Positions 17,753 to 24,287 of a stretch of DNA of 24,287 nt are shown piece by piece; the stretch's first letter is position 1; each line of letters opens with the position of its first letter. The DNA comes from an uncultured archaeon (lineage in GTDB: Archaea > Asgardarchaeota > Lokiarchaeia > Sigyniarchaeales > SOKP01). The DNA lies in NCBI GenBank assembly GCA_964583985.1, contig CAZOYD010000052.1, positions 1 through 24,287 on the forward strand, read 5' to 3'. The notes under the pieces are model-generated. The model was given only the letters and a program-made list of their open reading frames with translations, ran no database searches and had not been told where the DNA came from. Made by a program: the position numbers and the translations under genes.

Positions 17753-17840
17753 CCAAATCTGATATATTTAATCTTTATGCCAGTATATTATTTTAAATGT
17801 AAAAAATAAGCGTTTATTTCGATTGGTCCTTGATATACCA

Positions 17841-18653
17841 TTAGAGAATTATCTTTTTAATCTTTTTTAATAGCTTGGTATCAAAAATAATTCTTTTTTC
17901 ATTTGCCAAATCCAACATTACTTCGAAGATTAAAAACTTACCAAATCTTTTGTGAAACTTTCTCATGATTTTTTTCATTATGGTTTTGGTAATAACTTCA
18001 TTTCGTTCTTGACAATAGGATTTGATGCTTGATTTTAACATGCTTTTAAAATTTTTATCATAGAATCGGGCAATTTTATAACCTAAAAAAGTCGTGCATA
18101 AAATGTTAAAATTTGGTAAACTAACGTGGTGAGCATCTCTTATATAAAAACTGTAGAATTGAGTCTTGAACTTATTTCGTAAGTTCTTCTTTATTGGTTT
18201 ACTATAATGTAATGCGAAAAAAGCAGATATGGAAGGATTTTTCTTCAAGTCAATATTAGCATAATAAACTCGTCCACCATACATTCCATGAAGAAAAAGC
18301 TCTGCAGGACTGATTCTCACGCGTTTCTGATCTTTGGGATATTTAAATGAAGGAGTGCATTTTCCTTCTCCATGGAGAATCCAAAGGACATGTGCTCCTT
18401 TTTCATTATAATCTTTAGTCCTTTGCCTTATTTCATTTACAGAGATATTGGAATTTTGAACCTCAACAACAACTTCATATCCTCCTTTTAACTTGAAAAA
18501 TATATCCGCAAATCGATTGCCAAAATATTTTTCAAGAGATCTGTCAATGATTGAGCCGTTTGTTGATGCTAGAAAATCGTTTAATAAATGTTTCATTGCT
18601 TTATGAGATTGGGATTCAGAATGAGTATTCTTCAATGAAGTAATGTCCAGCAT
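17841..18653 (-). CDS. CoiA-like PD-(D/E)xK nuclease family protein
   Basis: SESQSHKAMK, RFADI...VVVEVQNSNIS..EI.QRT.DY...G..VLWI. Confidence 0.75.
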   Translation of the reverse strand: MLDITSLKNTHSESQSHKAMKHLLNDFLASTNGSIIDRSLEKYFGNRFADIFFKLKGGYEVVVEVQNSNISVNEIRQRTKDYNEKGAHVLWILHGEGKCTPSFKYPKDQKRVRISPAELFLHGMYGGRVYYANIDLKKNPSISAFFALHYSKPIKKNLRNKFKTQFYSFYIRDAHHVSLPNFNILCTTFLGYKIARFYDKNFKSMLKSSIKSYCQERNEVITKTIMKKIMRKFHKRFGKFLIFEVMLDLANEKRIIFDTKLLKKIKKIIL

Positions 18654-19004
18654 TAAGAAAAAATCTCTCTTCTTTAATTATCACTTTAATATTCTTAATC
18701 TTTAATATAATTGACCAGTATCCTTGATTTTTGAATTATATCTTTCATTGATTTAATAATCCTTTTTTATCAATGAATCTAAAATTATATCTATTCTTTT
18801 TGAAAATGGACTCTATTACTAATTTGGAGTAATTAATAGAATAGTAGAAAAATTTTATTTGATTCTTTCATTATAAAAATTATTGTTAAGAAGTTTTCGA
18901 TAAAATTTATTAAGATACATAGGTAATTTTAAATTGTATTATATTTTGAGAGATGAGTTAATATAAGGACTCAAAAAGAGAGAAATAGGAATTATATAAT
19001 CAGT

Positions 19005-19670
19005 TTGATCATCTGTATGATAATACTAGTGATTTTTAATTATGTTGCATTTAACTTTAGAGCCATTTTTGGCTTTGGAATTTACAATTTAGAGGATGAG
19101 TATAGCAACTCTTATAGCGATGGTACCGCGGGTATTAGTTTACATATACATATAGATCATATCCAAGACAATCGACATTATATTTCTACTCACATTGAAC
19201 CGATCTCAACTGGAAATGTTGTTAATTATGGTCTTTTATCGATTCAAATTTATTTTTTAGGTGATAACCACTACATATACACAACATCAGTTCAATTTGA
19301 CCCTCCATCAGGCATTTATTCTATAGATAGATTATCTAATGATCTCTATAAAAATGAAAATTTTTCTTGTAATGGTATGGCTGTTGTATCTTATGAAACA
19401 GGAGGGATTCTAAAAAATGATACTATTAATTTTCAATTGGACTTTATTATCCCTTATGGTTTAGAAGATTATATGAATCTTGACCTAGCGCTTTATGTAT
19501 TATTCTTCTCTCCATTCTTCCTCTACGTTCTCGTTCCTATTGTATTAAATTGGATATTTAGACCTGTATTCGGATTACATTACGACGAGGAAGAAGAGAA
19601 AAGGGATGAAAAATATTTGCAGTATCTTCATGAACATATTAAGCAAAAAAGAAGAGAAGAAGTGCATTAA
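19005..19670 (+). CDS. membrane-anchored extracellular protein (N- and C-terminal TM helices)
   Basis: Hydrophobic N-terminus, beta-rich middle with N-x-S/T sequons (NFS, NDT), TM LALYVLFFSPFFLYVLVPIVL, charged tail. The frame is open upstream to 18957. Confidence 0.7.
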   Translation: MIICMIILVIFNYVAFNFRAIFGFGIYNLEDEYSNSYSDGTAGISLHIHIDHIQDNRHYISTHIEPISTGNVVNYGLLSIQIYFLGDNHYIYTTSVQFDPPSGIYSIDRLSNDLYKNENFSCNGMAVVSYETGGILKNDTINFQLDFIIPYGLEDYMNLDLALYVLFFSPFFLYVLVPIVLNWIFRPVFGLHYDEEEEKRDEKYLQYLHEHIKQKRREEVH

Positions 19671-19910
19671 TTAAATTCATATATACCACTTAATTGAACA
19701 AGTAGAACTCCCTTATTCTTCTCCTTGTTAAAATTTTTTTCTAATTTTAACAAATCACCTAATTCATTATACAATTTCACCGTGATTAGTTTTATTACAA
19801 CTTGATTGGCGAATTTACTTTGCTTTTCACAAGATGTTCTGGTCATAATATAATAAATTGGCAATCCGCATGTAATTAAAAATAATAAATTGTTCACAGA
19901 ATGTGATATC

Positions 19911-20633
19911 ATGGTAGATAAGCATAGTCAAAGCTTTTTTGGTAAATCATCCGGATTGACCATTCAAAGTTCTTCTAAAAATGAACCCTTTATTTTCTTG
20001 AAATGTATTAAAAAAAAGGGTGATGGGTTCTGGGAAAAACCATCTAAAGGTGAAGGTAAGACAATTAAATGCAGCTTAGATGAAATGGTCATGATAAATG
20101 AAATCTTGCATAAACGAATAGAAAATTGGTCAAGTTATCATAATTTTAATGATACTAAGACCCAGATTACTTTTAAATGGGAAAATGAGAGAAAAGAGAG
20201 GCTATATATTAATATTGGAAGTTATTCTAAAATGCTAAATTTCCCTCAATTTGAGATCCTCAGATTATTATTAAATCATATGCTCATTGAGAAAATTGAG
20301 TTTGCTACATCTTCAAGTTTTTCAGAGGGTCAAAATGGAAAACAAAAAACGAATAATAAAAATGGTTTTGTTAAAACTGATAAACATAAATCAGAACCCC
20401 CCGTGTCAGTTTTCCAGGAGAAAATAGACACAAGAGAAAAACCTTCTTGTCAAGTAGAAGGATCGATAAAAAATGAAACGCAAAAAGCACTATTGATTAT
20501 GTTTCAGAATGATCGAGAATGTTGGATTCCAAAATCTGCAATTCGATCAAACTACGTATCTGATCAGGAAAAACAACAATCTTTCGTGATTGATTCTTGG
20601 TTATTGGAAAAAAATAATTTAATAATTCCTTAA
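19911..20633 (+). CDS. hypothetical protein with possible Whirly/PC4-like nucleic-acid-binding domain and a C-terminal ET.KA...W.PKS domain
   Basis: Repeated beta-beta-beta-alpha pattern in the N-terminal ~135 aa, a low-complexity linker, then NETQKALLI...ECWIPKSAI; ATG 19911. Confidence 0.55.
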   Translation: MVDKHSQSFFGKSSGLTIQSSSKNEPFIFLKCIKKKGDGFWEKPSKGEGKTIKCSLDEMVMINEILHKRIENWSSYHNFNDTKTQITFKWENERKERLYINIGSYSKMLNFPQFEILRLLLNHMLIEKIEFATSSSFSEGQNGKQKTNNKNGFVKTDKHKSEPPVSVFQEKIDTREKPSCQVEGSIKNETQKALLIMFQNDRECWIPKSAIRSNYVSDQEKQQSFVIDSWLLEKNNLIIP

Positions 20634-20640
20634 TTGTAAT

Positions 20641-21837
20641 TTACAGTCTTGATACGATTCCAGGAATATATTCCTCATCACAAATTCGTTTTAAATCATT
20701 ATTATAATCAATCATCTTTTTAGCTATCTCGGGGTGTGATAGCAATTGAACTTCGGATTTATCATCCCTATCCCAAAGCAAAATTGGCACATCCTCGTAT
20801 GGTACCTCTTTTTTTACTTCTGTCATCCAAGTTTCGGGTAATTCATTTTTTAGATCAACATCAAGCATTTTCGCCAAAAAGATCGTCCAAGCCCTTGGTA
20901 CAACGGTCATTGAATATCCGCCACCTCCAAAAGCAAGCCAGCGATTTTGACAATAATCTCGTGCACTTGTTCGCATAGTTTGTGCGATGTCTCTATATAC
21001 TGCAATTGAAAGACCCATTTGAGTAAGCGGATCGTTATAATGCATATCCACGCCTAATTGTGTCAATAAAATATCTGGTGAATATACTTGTAATATTTTA
21101 GGGATACAGTAGCGGAATAATTTTATGAACATCCTATTTGAAGTTCCTGGTAAAAGGGGGAAATTCAATGAAAAACCTTTGCCTCGGCCCTCTCCAATTT
21201 CGTTCGTGTTGCCCGTTCCTGGAAATAAAAATTTTCCACTCTCATGAAAGGATATTGTTAAAACATTTGGATCATTATAAAATAACTCTTGAACTCCATC
21301 TCCATGATGCGCGTCGATATCTAAATATGCAATTTTTATATCTGGTTTAAGTTTTTTCAAATAATGAATGGCTACAGCAATATCATTAAATATACAAAAG
21401 CCTGCGGCCCTATTCTTATGAGCATGATGGAGTCCTCCTGCAAGATTAAACGCTATGTGAGTCTCTTCTTCGTTCCAAACTAAATCAGCTGCTGTAATAC
21501 TAGCACCACAGACTAATGCTGATGCTTCATACATATTTTTAAAGATTGGATTATCCCCAGGTCCTAAACCATAGACATGAGGTGATATGGATCTATCTTC
21601 TGGATTCTCACTGAGTCTTTTCACTGCTGTTACATAATCAGATGAATGAGCACGTTCTATTTCTTCTCTTGTTGCCATTCGCGGTTCTAATAATATCAAA
21701 TCTTGATGGTCTAAAAGATTCAAATCTCTCATCAAATTATACGTAAGCTTTAATCTTAGTGGGCGTAAAGGATGTCTTGGTCCAAAATCATAAGATTGAT
21801 ACTTATCAGTATATACAAGACCGACTGCATGTACCAT
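20641..21837 (-). CDS. acuC: acetoin utilisation AcuC / histone deacetylase family protein
   Basis: HPLRPLR, GPGDNP, GGLHHA, GFCIFND, YLDIDAHHGDGVQ, SFHE..FLFPGTG, QLGVD.H..DPL, GGGGY. Confidence 0.93.
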   Translation of the reverse strand: MVHAVGLVYTDKYQSYDFGPRHPLRPLRLKLTYNLMRDLNLLDHQDLILLEPRMATREEIERAHSSDYVTAVKRLSENPEDRSISPHVYGLGPGDNPIFKNMYEASALVCGASITAADLVWNEEETHIAFNLAGGLHHAHKNRAAGFCIFNDIAVAIHYLKKLKPDIKIAYLDIDAHHGDGVQELFYNDPNVLTISFHESGKFLFPGTGNTNEIGEGRGKGFSLNFPLLPGTSNRMFIKLFRYCIPKILQVYSPDILLTQLGVDMHYNDPLTQMGLSIAVYRDIAQTMRTSARDYCQNRWLAFGGGGYSMTVVPRAWTIFLAKMLDVDLKNELPETWMTEVKKEVPYEDVPILLWDRDDKSEVQLLSHPEIAKKMIDYNNDLKRICDEEYIPGIVSRL

Positions 21838-21998
21838 GATAAAGATATAAATTAGCGAGTTATTAATGTTTTTTATAATAATAAATACAACTTATCAAAA
21901 TATACATCAAACCAAAGAGTTATAATATTTAAATATCATATTAAAAAATAAGGATGGTTGAGAATAGGTCAATTTAAAATTAAGCTTTCTTTTTGATC

Positions 21999-22553
21999 AT
22001 GAGCCAGAGATTTAAAAAATTTGTTATAAGGGTTGGGGGAGATAACGAATTTAAACCCATTAAAAATAAATTATTGAGTTATCTCCAAAAAGAAAGTGAA
22101 AACAAATACAAAAATTACCCCCGGCTTTTAGAAATGATGGAGAAATATTGGCCAACTTATAAGAACGGATCTCAAATTTCTTACTTGCTAAAGGATCATT
22201 ATGAAGAAATTTTCACTTTTTACCTCAATACCATCTTTCCGTTCCGAAAAAGGGGTTTAAATCTTGAAGATCCAGAGGCCCCAACTCCTGTTGATTTCAA
22301 GCTTGTTTATAAGTATCATTACAATGAGGGTGAAATTGAAGCAGTAAAAGATGTAATGAAAAAGATGAACATTGAAGGCAAAATAGAGGGTATTTTAAAA
22401 AGACTTTTAATTTTCGCCGTTAGTTCCTTCAGCCCAATGATTGAACAAATATTTAAACGACCTTTTGCTTTTCAATTCTCAAGTATTGATGCGAATCCCC
22501 TTGATAATGGAGAATGGGAAGTTGTAGCTGTAATTTCAGCTCGGGAACAATAA
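21999..22553 (+). CDS. hypothetical protein
   Basis: 184-aa ORF from ATG 21999; no recognised motif. Confidence 0.65.
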   Translation: MSQRFKKFVIRVGGDNEFKPIKNKLLSYLQKESENKYKNYPRLLEMMEKYWPTYKNGSQISYLLKDHYEEIFTFYLNTIFPFRKRGLNLEDPEAPTPVDFKLVYKYHYNEGEIEAVKDVMKKMNIEGKIEGILKRLLIFAVSSFSPMIEQIFKRPFAFQFSSIDANPLDNGEWEVVAVISAREQ

Positions 22554-22569
22554 TTAATACTTGTTTTCA

Positions 22570-23013
22570 TCATTTTTTGGTCAAATAGGATCCCAAATCC
22601 ATGACTTCGCCATCGCCTTGCTTAACTTTTATCGAACTTTTAATTCCCTTGACCTTTCGCTCCAAATAAATGATAGCATCTAAAGGGATTTGCCTGGGGA
22701 CTCCTCCTTGTTGTCTTATAACTGATATAAGATAATCCAAGCTTTGAAATACATCCGGACTAATCAATTCATTAAAAATCCCTTGATAGACTGCGGGCTC
22801 TTCCTTTTTAAGTTTCTCAAGATGAGAATATGCTGAGGGGTGCAAAACTGCTCTTAGAATGAAGTCTACTTTCTCATAAAAGCTTCCTACCCTTTCTTGA
22901 TTTGCTTGTTGCGATTTTTGGGCATCTAGCATGTCTCTCATTTTTTTTAATCTGATCTTGTCCAATTCATATTGTTCATGGTCTTCATTATTCTCGTTCA
23001 TTTCATCTTTCAC
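22570..23013 (-). CDS. PDCD5-related DNA-binding protein (divergent)
   Basis: ELDKIRLKKMRDM...ILRAVLHPSAYSHLEKLKKEEP resembles PDCD5 'eL..iR.rrl.el...lrqiLtpeAr.RL..ikl.kPe'. Confidence 0.6.
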   Translation of the reverse strand: MKDEMNENNEDHEQYELDKIRLKKMRDMLDAQKSQQANQERVGSFYEKVDFILRAVLHPSAYSHLEKLKKEEPAVYQGIFNELISPDVFQSLDYLISVIRQQGGVPRQIPLDAIIYLERKVKGIKSSIKVKQGDGEVMDLGSYLTKK

Positions 23014-23037
23014 GTTTTATTAATGCTTATTATATTT

Positions 23038-23955
23038 CTATAAATCTATGATCTTCAGTGCAATTTCTAAAGCTCTGATTCCATCATCTAAATTAACTTT
23101 TAACTCCTTATCATATAAAAAATTAATGATTTCCCGTTTCAGAGGTTCATCTTCTCTCAAGGGTGTGTAATTTACATCTTTAGTTATTGGTCTTTCTCCT
23201 TGTAAATCAATGCCTGTTCGAATATTCACTTGTTGCGTGATAAAATCAATGGATATGCCTCCATATTCTCCGTTTACGTACATACTTCGTGCTTTAGACG
23301 GCGTGAGCCAATTTGATTCTATTTGACCAATTGCATTTCCAAAATTCAGTATTATGAACACGGCATCAGCATGGGCACTGTCTTTAAAACATTTTTTGAC
23401 TCCAAATGCATTTATAATGCTTCCCTTACCCATCAATTTCTCTTGAAGATAAATGTCATGGATTGATAAATCAAGTATCACTCCCATATCCCAATCACGC
23501 TTTGGATATAGCCCCACTCGTTTGGATACAATGGATATAATCTCTCCTATTTGAGGTACATACTCAAGTAATTTATCAAATACGGGATTGAACAATTCGA
23601 TAAAACCAGGCATGATTCGAAGATTATCATATTGTTTGAAGATTGTTAGATCCTCAAGTTTTAGCGCCATGGGCTTTTCCATCAAAATGTCCATGCTGGC
23701 ATCAACCAATTTTTTTGCAATAGATGGAATAAATTTTGGTGGAGTTACAATACTGACGGCATCAATATCTTCGTTTTTAATCAAGTCGTTAATATCCGTG
23801 TAAGTATTGACTGTATCATATTGAGCTGAAATGGCTTCAAGTTTTTTCTCATCCTTGTCGCAAACCGCCATTAAATTTGAAAGTTCATGAAAATTTCTCA
23901 CGTGTGCTCGACCAAACCATCCAGCACCTACTACAGCTGTATTCTTTTTTTTCAT
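23038..23955 (-). CDS. Gfo/Idh/MocA family NAD(P)-dependent oxidoreductase (UDP-sugar dehydrogenase-like)
   Basis: VVGAGWFGRAH, DAVSIVTP, LMEKPMA, GFIELFNP, GVILDLSIHDI, NWLTPSKAR. Confidence 0.9.
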   Translation of the reverse strand: MKKKNTAVVGAGWFGRAHVRNFHELSNLMAVCDKDEKKLEAISAQYDTVNTYTDINDLIKNEDIDAVSIVTPPKFIPSIAKKLVDASMDILMEKPMALKLEDLTIFKQYDNLRIMPGFIELFNPVFDKLLEYVPQIGEIISIVSKRVGLYPKRDWDMGVILDLSIHDIYLQEKLMGKGSIINAFGVKKCFKDSAHADAVFIILNFGNAIGQIESNWLTPSKARSMYVNGEYGGISIDFITQQVNIRTGIDLQGERPITKDVNYTPLREDEPLKREIINFLYDKELKVNLDDGIRALEIALKIIDL

Positions 23956-24074
23956 TCAACTCAAATGATTCTTATTGTTATGCTATAGTGTTAAATAATT
24001 ATAACCAAAATAAGAATTTTGTGAAGTTAGGAATTTATTTTTAATTTTAAAAATCGTAAATAATAGAAAATTAG

Positions 24075-24227
24075 TCCCCCCACCCGGAATCTCATTCCTT
24101 CCACAAGGGAAAGCAAGTTTGAGCCGGGGACCTCACGGTATCGGCTGACATGGCATCATCGGCGTGTGCCTTAGCATGCGAATCAAAATCTACAGCCGCG
24201 CGCTCTAACCAACTGAGCCATGGGGGG
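24075..24227 (-). tRNA. tRNA-Tyr(GTA) with two introns (37/38: 24140-24189; 59/60: 24089-24117)
   Basis: Acceptor CCCCCCA/TGGGGGG with discriminator A (C1-G72, A73 Tyr identity). D arm GCTC-AGTTGGTTA-GAGC. Anticodon stem CGCGG/CCGTG with GTA at 24193-24191. T stem CCCGG/CCGGG. BHB at the T-loop intron. No encoded CCA. Confidence 0.9.
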
Positions 24228-24287
24228 TTTGTATATAAATTTAAATAAAGCGATTAATATATTTTTTACGCTTTTTTTATGATATCT

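Noticed and set aside
17076-17840. Replication origin (ORB) or CRISPR array in the long intergenic region
   Set aside because: No canonical ORB (TCCA.TGGAAA...GGGG) and no adjacent cdc6/orc1; no regularly spaced 24-40-bp repeats with unique spacers
7437-23803. Other small overlapping ORFs (7437, 7721, 8449, 8528, 9257, 10632, 10867, 11375, 11795, 13834, 14737, 15342, 16882, 19667, 20736, 21138, 23588)
   Set aside because: Shadow or alternate-frame ORFs overlapping longer motif-bearing genes, or AT-rich spacer ORFs with no recognisable features
24140-24189. Box C/D guide RNA or nested BHB within the tRNA anticodon intron
   Set aside because: GATGATG is only a partial C box and there is no CTGA D box; the internal GGCA/TGCC helix has its bulges on the wrong side for a BHB

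Overview
AT-rich archaeal window, probably from an Asgard archaeon of the Lokiarchaeia type. This is an inference from the archaeal tRNA with BHB introns, the AGGTGA/GAGG ribosome-binding sites, the TrmB/Lrp/PDCD5 genes, a eukaryote-like SECIS and eukaryote-like enzymes. It holds about 25 protein genes: a GIFT/IFT52-like protein, an isopropylmalate/homocitrate-synthase-family enzyme, SlyD, ArsR, Lrp and TrmB regulators, a eukaryote-type xylulokinase, two Fe-S proteins, an acyl-CoA ligase, a split PEP-utiliser/dikinase cluster, a CoiA-like nuclease, AcuC/HDAC, a PDCD5-like protein and a Gfo/Idh/MocA oxidoreductase. There is also a tRNA-Tyr(GTA) with two introns. Top finding: a small single-pass membrane ORF missing from the ORF track (7962-8162, +) has an in-frame UGA in a GGG-U-G-C motif and is followed directly by a eukaryote/Loki-type SECIS hairpin, so it is a candidate new selenoprotein reminiscent of SelK/SelS. 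Second: a dikinase split into stand-alone ATP-grasp and phospho-His genes, divergent from two unknown genes and an acyl-CoA ligase. Other signals are a TrmB gene that needs a non-AUG start, a Whirly/PC4-like protein, an NDT-like protein and a structured GC-rich island in a long intergenic region. All family assignments come from motif recognition by eye; no searches were run.
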